Positions 28,723-38,574 are shown, counted from the stretch's first letter. The stretch: 64,000 bases of DNA from Chitinophagaceae bacterium (GCA_016704325.1 JADJAG010000001.1:320787-384786), one strand, 5' to 3'. Program-made: numbers and translations. The notes: generated by a model not told the origin, from the letters alone.

Positions 28723-29427
28723 ATGAAAAGCAAGAAACCGATTCATTTCCATTTTAGCCACTACATCTGTGTGATCTTACTACTAGCAACTTTGAGTTGT
28801 AAGAAAGCTCCAGCTACATATAAAGTAATGTTGGTACATGCATCAACAGGTACGGCCAAAGTAGACTTCTACCTTCAGGGAAATATTGCCGAGCGCAACA
28901 TCCTGTTTGGAGAAAACACCGGTTACCTGGAAGCAATTGTTGAAGGAGATGATAAGTTTGTTGCTGAGATCAAAGCTTCAGCCACAGGTTCCCTTTTGGC
29001 TACTGAATTTGACCCTCAATTGATTGCAGATGCGCATTACTCAATGTATATTTTTGGCAATACTGCTGAACTTTCCAAAGTGTTACTTAATGATGAATAT
29101 GAAGAACCGCAAACCGGCCATGCGCTGGTCAGGTTTGTGCATATGAGTGCAGATGCCCCTGCATTGGATGTACTGGCAAATGGAGTTCCTGTTGTTACAA
29201 ACAAGGCCTATTATGGCAATAGTAAGTTCAACGGTGCAACCGGATTTCAAGAAGTTCTTTCCGGAAAATATACCATCTCATTTCAGACTAATGGGACCGG
29301 GGATATGATTATGTCAGCAGCTGATATCAATTTGGAGGCCGGAAAAGTTTATACTTTGTATGCCAAGGGATTGTTAAATGGAACAGGAGCGCATGCATTA
29401 GATCTGGGCGTAGTCAGAATGAAATAG
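28723..29427 (+). CDS. DUF4397-domain lipoprotein
   Basis: ATG 28723 gives a lipobox (LATLS/C). Two repeats of the V(M/R)LVHAS..A.VDF / VRFVHMSADAPALDV type are as recalled for DUF4397. Confidence 0.7.
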   Translation: MKSKKPIHFHFSHYICVILLLATLSCKKAPATYKVMLVHASTGTAKVDFYLQGNIAERNILFGENTGYLEAIVEGDDKFVAEIKASATGSLLATEFDPQLIADAHYSMYIFGNTAELSKVLLNDEYEEPQTGHALVRFVHMSADAPALDVLANGVPVVTNKAYYGNSKFNGATGFQEVLSGKYTISFQTNGTGDMIMSAADINLEAGKVYTLYAKGLLNGTGAHALDLGVVRMK

Positions 29428-29454
29428 TTTAATGCAGTCGGCATGGTCAGTATA

Positions 29455-29462
29455 TATATTTG
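29455..29462 (+). promoter_or_regulatory. Bacteroidota -7 box TATATTTG (queG)
   Basis: An exact TAnnTTTG ~75 nt upstream of ATG 29538. Confidence 0.35.
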
Positions 29463-29537
29463 TACCAAAGTGTTTCTAATATAATAAGCTCAAACACCTA
29501 TCTAGCCCTGAATGCTTATTTTCGGGGATAGCTCGTA

Positions 29538-30488
29538 ATGCTTGAACTACAACCATCCACTCTGAACAGCAGTCAACATACCTTCCTGATCAAGCAAGAA
29601 GCACAACGGCTTCAATTTGACTTTTGCGGTATTTCAAAAGCAGTCCCACTGAATGACGATGCCCGCAGGCTGGAATCCTGGCTTAATAAAGGATTTCATG
29701 GAAAAATGAAATACATGGAGAATCATTTTGATCTTCGGACCGATCCCACTAAACTGGTTCCGGGTGCTAAATCAGTCATTTCATTGCTATACAACTATTA
29801 CCAGAATCAAAGCTCACTTGATAAAACAAAACCTAAAATAGCTAAGTATGCATTTGGAGATGACTATCACTTCATCATCAAAGAAAAGCTATATGAATTA
29901 TTGCATACCATCGAGAATAGAATTGGCAATGTAACAGCAAGAGTGTTTGTAGACTCCGGACCTGTCCTTGAAAGAACCTGGGCGGCAAAAAGTGGTTTGG
30001 GTTGGGTCGGAAAAAACGGGAACCTGATCAACAAACAGCATGGATCATTTTATTTTTTGGCTGAAATTATTCTCGATGTTGAATTAGATTACGATGCTCC
30101 AATTAAGAACTATTGCGGTACGTGCACGCGTTGCATAGATGCTTGTCCAACCGATGCAATTTCAGAACGGAATGTAATTGACGGAAGCAAATGCATTTCC
30201 TACTTCACCATTGAACTAAGAGAAGAAATCCCCCTTGAAATGAAGGGCAAATTTGAGGGATGGATGTTTGGATGTGATATTTGTCAGGATGTTTGTCCCT
30301 GGAACAGGTTTGCCAGGCAACATGAGGAATCGAAGTTTCTCCCTTCTGATCTACTCACCGCAATGAAAAAAGAGGATTGGGAAGAATTGACAGAAGAAAT
30401 CTATGAACGGCTTTTTAAGAACTCCCCATTAAAACGCGCGAAGTTTGAGGGAATCAGACGCAACCTCTTATTTCTGAAGGATGACTAA
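29538..30488 (+). CDS. queG: tRNA epoxyqueuosine(34) reductase
   Basis: Two ferredoxin-type clusters are present ([13 protein letters not shown] and [11 protein letters not shown]), together with the conserved GLGWVGKN and the HEAT-like tail. Confidence 0.9.
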   Translation: MLELQPSTLNSSQHTFLIKQEAQRLQFDFCGISKAVPLNDDARRLESWLNKGFHGKMKYMENHFDLRTDPTKLVPGAKSVISLLYNYYQNQSSLDKTKPKIAKYAFGDDYHFIIKEKLYELLHTIENRIGNVTARVFVDSGPVLERTWAAKSGLGWVGKNGNLINKQHGSFYFLAEIILDVELDYDAPIKNYCGTCTRCIDACPTDAISERNVIDGSKCISYFTIELREEIPLEMKGKFEGWMFGCDICQDVCPWNRFARQHEESKFLPSDLLTAMKKEDWEELTEEIYERLFKNSPLKRAKFEGIRRNLLFLKDD

Positions 30489-30591
30489 TCTTCTGTAATA
30501 ATATGATTGTCAGTATTCAGATCTGTCATGCTATAATTTCTTAGGATTCATAAACCTGCCAGGATGGTGTCATCCTAAACCAATCACAACG

Positions 30592-31173
30592 CTAGTGAAT
30601 TCTTGATCCGCTAACCTCCAGGGTCTGCAAAATCCCCTTCTCTTCTTCCAGCATACTTTTCCACCGCTCATTCACAACTTTGGAAGGCATATATCTCTTA
30701 GCAAGCTTCATAAATAATGTATAATGTCCGGCTTCCGATTCCATAAAGTGGCGATAGAATTTACGAAGCTCAGGTTGCGGCAATTTTTCTGACAAAAGTC
30801 TGAATCTTTCACAACTCCTGGCTTCAATCAGTGCCGAAACCAGAAGTTTGTCCATGAGTTGACGCTCAACCCGGTCACCTGTTCGTATCATCTTTCTAAG
30901 TGCAATTACATAGTCATCTTTTCTTTGCCTACCCAGTTTTAGTTTTCTTTTCTTCAGTTCTGCAATTACCATTCTGAAATGTGCCCATTCTTCTGTTACG
31001 ATAGGCGACAATTGTTGCACTAACTCTTCGCGATCAGGATAATTCTGTATCAATGAAATGCAGGTTGATGTCGCTTTCTGTTCGCAATAAGCATGGTCAG
31101 TAAGTATCTCTTCAAGCGACATGGAAGCAAGATCTGCCCACCTGGGATCAGTGGGAAGTTTAAGTCGAAACAT
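30592..31173 (-). CDS. miaE: tRNA-(ms2io6A)-hydroxylase (MiaE-like diiron protein)
   Basis: DHAYCEQKA, EEWAHF, ALIEARSCERF and ESEAGHY form paired E..H ligand helices in a ~190-aa protein. ATG 31173 is preferred. Confidence 0.8.
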   Translation of the reverse strand: MFRLKLPTDPRWADLASMSLEEILTDHAYCEQKATSTCISLIQNYPDREELVQQLSPIVTEEWAHFRMVIAELKKRKLKLGRQRKDDYVIALRKMIRTGDRVERQLMDKLLVSALIEARSCERFRLLSEKLPQPELRKFYRHFMESEAGHYTLFMKLAKRYMPSKVVNERWKSMLEEEKGILQTLEVSGSRIH

Positions 31174-31315
31174 GTTTTTCCTGCGAAGATAAGGGCATTC
31201 ATCAAACAGGCATATTCCTAACAATGATCTTGCTTCTTATAGAATGATCATCGTTTCATTGAATGAACAGGATTTCCATTTCATTTTATGCTGCTGATTA
31301 CGGATTTTTACAGCG

Positions 31316-32296
31316 ATGAAGATCCTGATCATCCGGTTCAGTTCCATTGGCGATATCGTACTTACCAGTCCGGTAGTAAGGTGCATACATCAACAAATAG
31401 CCGGAGTTGAAATCCATTACCTGACCAAATTCGCATACAGGGATATCATTGCATCTAATCCGTACATCACCAGAAAAATTTATGTAAAGGAAGATCTCAC
31501 TAATGTGCTGAAAGAACTGAAAAAAGAGCGCTACGATTTCATACTTGACCTTCACAACAGCATACGTTCATTCCTGGTAAGGTTATATTTAGGGCGGCCT
31601 TCAGATGTTGTAAATAAACTGAATATTGAAAAATGGCTTTATGTCAATTTCAAATGGAAGGTATTGCCTGACATTCATATAGTTGACCGTTACCTGGAAC
31701 CGGTTCGAAAACTAAGCGTACTAAATGATGGCAAAGGTTTAGACTACTTTATTCCATCAGCAGATTATGTTTCAGCGGATCACCTACCGCTCACGCACCT
31801 TCATGGCTTTGTTGCGTTAGTAATTGGTGCGCGGCATGCTACTAAGAAGTTGCCATTGTGGAAGTTGCAAAGGCTTTGCAGCCTTTTGCCATTGCCTGTA
31901 ATTTTGATTGGTGGACCGGAAGATGCCGCCGACGGTTTGATTTTATCGGCTGCCGACCCTCTCAAGATATACAATGGTTGTGGAAAATACTCTTTAAATC
32001 AGTCCGCCTCTCTTGTTAAGCAATCGAAATATGTGATTACACACGATACCGGATTCATGCACATTGCAGCCGCATTCAGGAAAAAAATTATCTCCATTTG
32101 GGGTAATACGGTTCCTGAATTTGGCATGTATCCATATTTTAGCAATGGCCATATGGAGCCTGGAATGGTAGAGAATAAGAAATTAAATTGCCGGCCTTGT
32201 TCAAAAATCGGCTATGAAAAATGTCCAAAAGGTCATTTCAATTGCATGAATCAACTTGAAGAAGAGCATATCATTGCAATCAGTCATACTTTTTGA
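31316..32296 (+). CDS. Family-9 glycosyltransferase (heptosyltransferase-like)
   Basis: MKILIIRFSSIGDIVLTSPVVRCI opening; ...LIGGPED..., and TGFMHIAAAF in the C-terminal half. Confidence 0.85.
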   Translation: MKILIIRFSSIGDIVLTSPVVRCIHQQIAGVEIHYLTKFAYRDIIASNPYITRKIYVKEDLTNVLKELKKERYDFILDLHNSIRSFLVRLYLGRPSDVVNKLNIEKWLYVNFKWKVLPDIHIVDRYLEPVRKLSVLNDGKGLDYFIPSADYVSADHLPLTHLHGFVALVIGARHATKKLPLWKLQRLCSLLPLPVILIGGPEDAADGLILSAADPLKIYNGCGKYSLNQSASLVKQSKYVITHDTGFMHIAAAFRKKIISIWGNTVPEFGMYPYFSNGHMEPGMVENKKLNCRPCSKIGYEKCPKGHFNCMNQLEEEHIIAISHTF

Positions 32297-32314
32297 AGAA
32301 TAGGCTACACGGAT

Positions 32315-32881
32315 TCAATAGTCGCCCTCCAAAGAACGAACGATAAACTCTATCTCCTTTTCTTCCTGTGCATCATACTGGTACCGAAGGCTATAGCCCA
32401 GAAACTGGCTCATCTTATTCCAATAGAAGGCAGAAAATGGATTCTTAAATTCCCGGATTAAATCATAAACACTCAATCCGGTCTCTCTGGCGACAAGCTT
32501 ACAGAGTATCTCGCCCTGGGTAATAGTCAGGTTTTTAAGTTCCCCTTCAAACAATACATTCAACTGGGCTTCCTTTTCCTTCATAAATTTTTTTCTGTCT
32601 TTTCGCTTATCCAGTGCTTCCATTGTATAATTGATCTCATTAAAGATGCTGCCAGCTTCTTTGGCAAACGGATATACAATCATCACATTCTTCTTCAAGG
32701 CATTGAACCTTGACTGTTCTTCAGCATTCTTAAAGATTCTTTTTGATACAACTACAATGTCTTGCAATTGATAAGCAGGAAGCGTATCCCGGCCAATTAT
32801 CACTGCAGGCAGCAATAAGCCAGTTTGTGCCATACTGGTAAAATGGGAAAATAATAAGGCTATGAATACAAGACGGATCAT
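32315..32881 (-). CDS. DUF4294-like exported protein
   Basis: It has a signal peptide (…FTSMA/QT) and is 188 aa. The assignment rests only on size and general pattern from memory. Confidence 0.4.
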   Translation of the reverse strand: MIRLVFIALLFSHFTSMAQTGLLLPAVIIGRDTLPAYQLQDIVVVSKRIFKNAEEQSRFNALKKNVMIVYPFAKEAGSIFNEINYTMEALDKRKDRKKFMKEKEAQLNVLFEGELKNLTITQGEILCKLVARETGLSVYDLIREFKNPFSAFYWNKMSQFLGYSLRYQYDAQEEKEIEFIVRSLEGDY

Positions 32882-33018
32882 GAAAGAAAATTAATGTACT
32901 TTGAATGAAATCAACATCCGTTCCAGTTTTCTAAACGCACTTTTTAACAGCAGATTACCTGCTGCCTCAAAATGTGGAAAAGATAAACAATTGATTGCTA
33001 AATGACACGTAAATAGCC

Positions 33019-33026
33019 TACTTTTG
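33019..33026 (+). promoter_or_regulatory. Bacteroidota -7 box TACTTTTG (small lipoprotein pair)
   Basis: An exact TAnnTTTG 25 nt upstream of ATG 33051. Confidence 0.45.
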
Positions 33027-33050
33027 TAAAAACTTTAAAATCTTAATAAA

Positions 33051-33296
33051 ATGAAAAGACTTTCCTACCTCCTTATCGGGGGAATACTTCTATCAACAAT
33101 TATCATAAGTTGCGAACAAGGGCCTAAGCCATTAGACGCAACTGCACTTGCCGCCAAGGCGGATTCTGTGGCACGTTCACAAATGCAGGCTATAGCAGAA
33201 GCATCAATGATTGAATGCAATGCAAACCAGGCAATGATGGTTCAAATGAAAGCAGATTCGCTTTATAACGTTGCAGTTGCAGCAATGAACCATTAA
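33051..33296 (+). CDS. Small helical lipoprotein, unknown family (paralog of the next gene's N-terminal part)
   Basis: A TACTTTTG box lies 25 nt upstream. Lipobox IIIS/C. The A/Q/M-rich helical body has a single Cys and two ADS motifs. Confidence 0.5.
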   Translation: MKRLSYLLIGGILLSTIIISCEQGPKPLDATALAAKADSVARSQMQAIAEASMIECNANQAMMVQMKADSLYNVAVAAMNH

Positions 33297-33339
33297 TATT
33301 TCAACTTCATTTTCTTCTAAAAAGCCAATTTTTCATACC

Positions 33340-33771
33340 ATGAAAAACTTTCTGAGTGTATTTACATCCTTACTAATACTTGTTTTTGCAATACAAAGCT
33401 GCAATCAGCCAAAGGTTGATACAGCCAAAGAATTAGCCACCATCGATTCGCTGGCCAATGTTAAACTAACGGCTTACAGTGATTCATTAAATATGATCTG
33501 TATGGATAATATAATGGTTTTGGCACAAGCCAGGGCTGATTCTATGATGACAGCTGCCATGAAAAAAAGCTCATCCACCGGTGTTAAGCCAAAGCCAAAG
33601 CCTGTAGCAAATCCGGCTAATCCAACCGTAACCAACAGGCCTGGAACTACAGACGCAGCGAAACCTACTGTTACAGACAGACCGGGAACAACGGATGCGG
33701 CTAAGCCTACTATAACTAACAGGCCGGGGGCAACAAATCAACCAGCAACGGTAACGCCTCCTAAACTCTAG
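33340..33771 (+). CDS. Lipoprotein with a helical N-domain and a P/T-rich 14-aa tandem repeat tail
   Basis: Lipobox AIQS/C. The helical part aligns with the previous gene (DS..., single Cys, ADSMM). The tail is PTVTNRPGTTDAAK / PTVTDRPGTTDAAK / PTITNRPGATNQPA. A clean terminator follows. Confidence 0.6.
   Translation: MKNFLSVFTSLLILVFAIQSCNQPKVDTAKELATIDSLANVKLTAYSDSLNMICMDNIMVLAQARADSMMTAAMKKSSSTGVKPKPKPVANPANPTVTNRPGTTDAAKPTVTDRPGTTDAAKPTITNRPGATNQPATVTPPKL
33622..33747 (+). repeat. Three tandem 42-nt (14-codon) repeats inside the lipoprotein gene
   Basis: The units are 33622-33663, 33664-33705 and 33706-33747. Units 1 and 2 encode 13/14 identical residues, yet 12 of 14 codons differ at a synonymous position. 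Confidence 0.9.
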
Positions 33772-33795
33772 TTTTATTAATCATTCTGAAAATCT

Positions 33796-33830
33796 AAAAA
33801 GCCATTCAGTTATCTGAATGGCTTTTTTTA
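33796..33830 (+). terminator. Rho-independent terminator
   Basis: Stem gccattcag (33801-33809) pairs with ctgaatggc (33814-33822), with a 4-nt loop, followed by TTTTTTT. Confidence 0.8.
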
Positions 33831-34043
33831 TTTCCCGTTTAGGCTTTTACTAACCGAATGAAATTCTTGCTTATTGAATGTATTTGAAAAAAATTAATTA
33901 AGACTATTGTTCAGTCACATTATTGCACTAATTCAGAATAGTCTTGAAATCAGTACACTATCCACCAATCTCATTCATCTGATCCTGTAAGTAATTCAAT
34001 ATACCTTATATCACAGTCAATATTCAACCGGAACCAATTCAGA

Positions 34044-34565
34044 CTATCTTTTCCAGACAGAATCAACACAGTCATTTGGAATTCCGGTAGCGGCAACAAT
34101 TGTATAATTCCAGGTTATGGTTGAACCACCGCTGAATAGTCCAATACCTGACACTGCCCTCCCGTTTGCATCTGGCGATTGAACGGGTATTTCAATATAG
34201 TTTCCGGATATGATGGCATTAACCGGATTGGAGAAATCATTATTGAAGTTTGCAATCTTAACCATGGTAACACTGGTATCAACAGCACTGATATTGACCG
34301 TATACATAGCATTACCGGTAATTGTGCAATTATCTGTTACATTATAAGTGCCCATAAATTTCTCGCGCACTTCCAGGCTGCAATCTTCGCCTTCATAACC
34401 GGTTGTACATCCACATAAACCATCCAGACAAAGCGCGCCATTATAACAGATAATCTTTTTGCATTCATCGGCGCATGACTGAATAAGCAAAATTTGGCAA
34501 ACCAATAAAACTAAAAAAGGCACCATAGTTACCTTTATAAAAAAAACTTTAAATCTGGAAACCAT
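34044..34565 (-). CDS. Lipoprotein with an N-terminal EGF-like domain and an unknown beta-rich C-domain
   Basis: ATG 34565 gives a signal peptide with lipobox LIQS/C. The six-Cys EGF pattern is C..KIICYNGALCLDGLCGCTTGYEGEDC. It is a paralog of the gene at 34735-35238. Confidence 0.65.
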   Translation of the reverse strand: MVSRFKVFFIKVTMVPFLVLLVCQILLIQSCADECKKIICYNGALCLDGLCGCTTGYEGEDCSLEVREKFMGTYNVTDNCTITGNAMYTVNISAVDTSVTMVKIANFNNDFSNPVNAIISGNYIEIPVQSPDANGRAVSGIGLFSGGSTITWNYTIVAATGIPNDCVDSVWKR

Positions 34566-34682
34566 TGCTTTTTTGTGATAGTTCGGCATCGAAAAAAAGG
34601 TAGTCAATTCATTATAGTTATTCAACTTTCCTTTCAAAGATAATCTTTGATCAGATTCAACATAAAAAAAGATTCACATTAT

Positions 34683-34713
34683 AAAAAAAGCCGGCCTGTC
34701 AAGCAGGCCGGCT
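34683..34713 (-). terminator. Rho-independent terminator for the upstream minus-strand gene
   Basis: A 10-bp GC-rich stem, agccggcctg (34689-34698) with caggccggct (34704-34713), and a 5-nt loop. On the minus strand a T7 run follows (complement of 34683-34689). Confidence 0.8.
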
Positions 34714-34734
34714 TCAAAAAAAGGAACTCAGTTT

Positions 34735-35238
34735 TTATTGCAAATCCCAGGTGCCAGTGCAAACAGCAGTATTTGAGCCATCATCTGCTATGTAGTCGAA
34801 CTTAATCTGAGTAGCAGAAGCATTAATTGTGCCTGAACCACTGACAATAACTCCGCCAATGCTTTGACTTGGAACAGTAATGGAATTTTCATCTACTGTA
34901 GCAATAGCAGTAAGTGTTGATCCAAATCCTCCGAAATTAGTGATAATCAAACCATTAACAGTAGTTGAAGAAGCCGCAATTATTGAATTATAACTGTAAG
35001 TACCTAAGGATCAGCATACATCAATAACAGAATAACTTCCTACAAATTTAGTAACGCTTTTGATGCCGCAATCAGTACCTTCATACCCAAGATCACAAGC
35101 GCAAACACCGGATACGCAATCACCATTCACGCAAACCACATCTTTACATGCATCTTCATCACAGGAGTTAAAAAACATTACGGTTACTAAGGCGATCATA
35201 GAAAGAAAGGATACGCCAAGGATTGAGATTTTTTTCAT
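34735..35238 (-). pseudogene. EGF-like lipoprotein paralog interrupted by one in-frame TGA (35011-35013)
   Basis: ORFs 35011-35238 and 34735-34950 are in the same frame. The 20 codons between them have no further stop. Read through, the product aligns end to end with the 34044-34565 protein (FVGSYSVIDVC*SLGTYSYNSII vs FMGTYNVTDNCTITGNAMYTVNI). The promoter box and terminator are intact. Confidence 0.6.
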
Positions 35239-35287
35239 AGGAAGTTTTAATTTAAAGTTTTGGGATTTGTAAAAAGATTTGAAGGTG

Positions 35288-35295
35288 CAAATATA
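35288..35295 (-). promoter_or_regulatory. Bacteroidota -7 box (TATATTTG) for the EGF-like gene
   Basis: An exact TAnnTTTG on the minus strand ~50 nt upstream of ATG 35238. Confidence 0.45.
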
Positions 35296-35576
35296 GTCTG
35301 ATTTGTTTGAATTGTCAACTGATTGTCATTTGCTTATCCACGATCGGCGTTGATAACCTTCGTATCGGTATTTATTTAGGTTTCCCCAAGCCTACCCCTC
35401 ATGCAAAATCTTATTGATCAGGATCATTTCCAGTAATACCGGACAAAAAAAACAATCCGTTGTGTCAGCATTTAATTAAGGCGCACGAGATTGAAGTACA
35501 ATTTGTATCCCGCATTTTAATTACCTTGACCGAAGCGTTTGCCACCAATAAAAGCAGGTAAATCAATACTGCGATA

Positions 35577-36893
35577 GTGATCAATAAGTTGAATAAATAT
35601 ATTACAGAAATGGGGCTTTTTTCTCGCAAGGATCCCATACTTCTGGCGGTCAGCGGAGGCGTTGATTCTACTGTTATGGTACACCTGTTCAAAAAATCAG
35701 GGTATAGGTTTGGTATTGCTCACCTTAATTTTCAATTACGGGAAAAAGATTCTGTAGCTGATGAATTATTCGTAAAAGAATTAGCTACGGAAAATGAAGT
35801 GCCGTATTTTGTTTCCGTTGCCGATACCTTGCAATATGCCAAAGAACACCGAATTTCCATTCAGATGGCAGCAAGGGAAATACGCTATACCTGGCTTGAA
35901 GAAATCCGATTAACTAACAACTTCCATTTTATCGCCACTGCGCACCACCAGGATGATGTGATTGAAACCGTCTTACTTAATATTTTTCGCGGCACCGGCA
36001 TACATGGTTTACATGGAATTTCTTCAAAACAAGGTAAAATTGTTAGACCCTTGTTGCCATTTTTCAAAAAAGAATTGCTGGAGTATGCTTCAAAAAATGC
36101 AATATCATTCAGAGAAGATGTTTCTAATTCGGAGCCTGGTTATGACAGGAATAAAATCAGGTTGGAGATTATTCCATTTATTGAACAAACCTATCCTGTT
36201 TTTGCACAAACTTTTTCTGAAAATATTAGCAAATGGAACGATGCGGACCTGCTTTATACATCTTATATCAAGCAATTAAAAAGAAAAATGGTGCAGGTCA
36301 ATGAGGATGGTCATTTCATTTCCATTCCTGCCATAAGCCGGTTGCCTGGTGCACAAACTATTCTGTATGAACTAGTAAAGGACTATGGATTTACGTCTGA
36401 CCAGTCTGCCGATATATATAAAGCATTTGGAGCTATTTCAGGAAAGGTATTCCGCTCTTCAACTCATCAACTGATAAAGGATCGCAATCAGCTTATCATT
36501 TCAACACTTGCCTCGACCACTGTTTCAACCATACTTATTACGGAAACTGACCGCCACCTGCAACTTCCTTCGGCTAAGTTAAAGATAGCAGTGCATGATG
36601 CAGTTTCATTTGCCATTCCAAATGACCCTTCAGTAAACTGCCTCAACTATAATTTATTAGTATTTCCATTAGTGTTGCGAAAATGGAAGAAAGGTGATTA
36701 CTTCTATCCATTAGGAATGAAGAAAAAAAAGAAGGTCAGCGATTACCTGATTGACAGGAAAATGCCGATTTCATATAAAGAGAAACTCTGGTTACTGCAA
36801 TCAGGAGATAGCATTGCCTGCATCATCGGCGAAAGAATCGACGACCGGTTTAAAGTTACCTCCGGCACCGAGAAAATTTATGTTATCAGATAG
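35577..36893 (+). CDS. tilS: tRNA lysidine(34) synthetase
   Basis: PP-loop LLAVSGGVDS; ..ATAHHQDD..ET; the C-terminal TilS domain ends ...CIIGERIDDRFKV. The start is GTG. Confidence 0.9.
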   Translation: MINKLNKYITEMGLFSRKDPILLAVSGGVDSTVMVHLFKKSGYRFGIAHLNFQLREKDSVADELFVKELATENEVPYFVSVADTLQYAKEHRISIQMAAREIRYTWLEEIRLTNNFHFIATAHHQDDVIETVLLNIFRGTGIHGLHGISSKQGKIVRPLLPFFKKELLEYASKNAISFREDVSNSEPGYDRNKIRLEIIPFIEQTYPVFAQTFSENISKWNDADLLYTSYIKQLKRKMVQVNEDGHFISIPAISRLPGAQTILYELVKDYGFTSDQSADIYKAFGAISGKVFRSSTHQLIKDRNQLIISTLASTTVSTILITETDRHLQLPSAKLKIAVHDAVSFAIPNDPSVNCLNYNLLVFPLVLRKWKKGDYFYPLGMKKKKKVSDYLIDRKMPISYKEKLWLLQSGDSIACIIGERIDDRFKVTSGTEKIYVIR

Positions 36894-36916
36894 AAACACC
36901 GGGCAGCTATTCCATA

Positions 36917-37363
36917 CTAAGGGTAATAGAGCGGCTTGAGTTTGGTCCAGCTACCTATCAATAAATACTTTTGTTTTCCTTTGTAGTGATAGCCAAGAAT
37001 TCCTGCAACATCTGCTTTTACCGGAAAAGGGACAGGGAGGACTTCCTTTGACGCATTATTCATATCATCTATATTTCGAATACTCTGCGTCATATCAGTG
37101 ACTGTGAGTACAAGCGTGTCGCCGGCAGATCGTCTTTCATCAATTGCAACGGGAAGCCTTTTTTCCTGGACCCAAAGTGAGTCGAAAGTATAGTCAGAGG
37201 TGTTTTTCATGTTGAGGTAGATGATGTAATTAATGCCCCTTCCCGAGCCGGCAGCACCGCCTGACCATGCCTGCGAAGTGGCTCCGGACAAAGGCAATTG
37301 CTGGTCTTGCTCACAACCTTTACCGGCTGAGAGTAAAAGAATGCATATCATGATACTTTTCAT
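36917..37363 (-). CDS. Lipoprotein of unknown function
   Basis: ATG 37363 gives MKSIMICILLLSAGKG/C. No family recognised. Confidence 0.5.
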   Translation of the reverse strand: MKSIMICILLLSAGKGCEQDQQLPLSGATSQAWSGGAAGSGRGINYIIYLNMKNTSDYTFDSLWVQEKRLPVAIDERRSAGDTLVLTVTDMTQSIRNIDDMNNASKEVLPVPFPVKADVAGILGYHYKGKQKYLLIGSWTKLKPLYYP

Positions 37364-37397
37364 AGTTGTCCTTTTTTTGAATGCTCTCAATACAAAT

Positions 37398-38414
37398 CTA
37401 ATGCAGAATTTTATATACCAATTCCTTCAATAGCGCAGCTTCATCAACTCCTGAAGTATTTATGCCTTTCGACATAAGATCATACTGATGCAAAAGTGCA
37501 ATCACTTCTTCTGTTTTTTGCTTTGGATAGTTTCTGGCAGTGGTCTTATACTCATTTATTATCATTGGAAAGTTGCTTACGCCGAGCACGGCGGCAATCT
37601 CTGCATCAGTTTTTGGTTTTGCCTGATGCATCAGGTATATTTTAGAAAAGTATCCAAAGAGCGAACCAATGGTTAATACGAGCGGATTGGGTTTGGGATT
37701 GGCTTTAAAATAGTTAATAATACGATTGGCTTTAAGTATATCCATCTGTCCAATTGCTTTATTCAATTCAAAGGTATTGTACTCTTTGCTGATGCCAATA
37801 TTTCTCTCAATATCGTCCGCTAAAATTTCCTTCCCCGGTTTAACATTCAGTGTAAGTTTCTCCAATTCATTGGCTACACGCGAAAGCTCATTGCCTACAT
37901 ATTCAACAAGCAAAGCAGATGCCTTTGGCTCCATTTTAAAGCCGCGGTCTTTCAAATATTGATTGATCCACTCCGGCACCTGGTTGTCGTATAGTTTCTT
38001 AGTAGTTAATAAGACACAGTGACTACTTTCCTTAATCTCTTTACCTACCTTGGTTCGCTTATCAAATTTTTCATGCCTGTGGCATAGCACCAGGATGGTG
38101 GACTTAACCGGATTTAACACATATGACAGCAGCTCATCCCACTTCTTGAGCATTTGCGCTTCCTTCACAATCAAAACCTGGTAATTCGAAAACATCGGGT
38201 AATTCATTGCGCGCTGCCTTATCTCATTTACGGTCGTATCCTTTCCATAAAGAATGGTTTGATTAAAACTTCGCTCTGATTCCGGCAACAGGTTATTTTC
38301 AATATAGTCGCTGACCTGGTCGATAAAATAAGGCTCCTCTCCTTCCAAAAGATATATAGGATGAAAAATTCTGTTCTTCAGATCCCTGAACATCACTTCA
38401 TATGTATTCGTCAT
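37398..38414 (-). CDS. holA: DNA polymerase III subunit delta
   Basis: 338 aa with the opening ...IYLLEGEEPYFID and later ...ELSRVANELEKL, the typical HolA layout. Confidence 0.85.
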   Translation of the reverse strand: MTNTYEVMFRDLKNRIFHPIYLLEGEEPYFIDQVSDYIENNLLPESERSFNQTILYGKDTTVNEIRQRAMNYPMFSNYQVLIVKEAQMLKKWDELLSYVLNPVKSTILVLCHRHEKFDKRTKVGKEIKESSHCVLLTTKKLYDNQVPEWINQYLKDRGFKMEPKASALLVEYVGNELSRVANELEKLTLNVKPGKEILADDIERNIGISKEYNTFELNKAIGQMDILKANRIINYFKANPKPNPLVLTIGSLFGYFSKIYLMHQAKPKTDAEIAAVLGVSNFPMIINEYKTTARNYPKQKTEEVIALLHQYDLMSKGINTSGVDEAALLKELVYKILH

Positions 38415-38574
38415 GCGTATTTTGGGAATTAATTGTTAAGTCTCACTACGGCTGTTAACTAATTACACATTACTGCTTCTGGTTTGTATTTTTTGCTATT
38501 TCCATCCTTTTTACCACAGCAATGTATCGCATCGAAAAGAATTCATAAACAACTTCTTACTACTTGAAAGACTT

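Noticed and set aside
35011-35013. The in-frame TGA directly after a Cys codon might encode selenocysteine.
   Set aside because: I see no convincing SECIS-like hairpin in the ~40 nt downstream, only weak AT-rich self-complementarity. The paralog has Thr rather than Cys at that column. No selenoprotein machinery is visible in the window. A nonsense mutation or a sequencing error is simpler.
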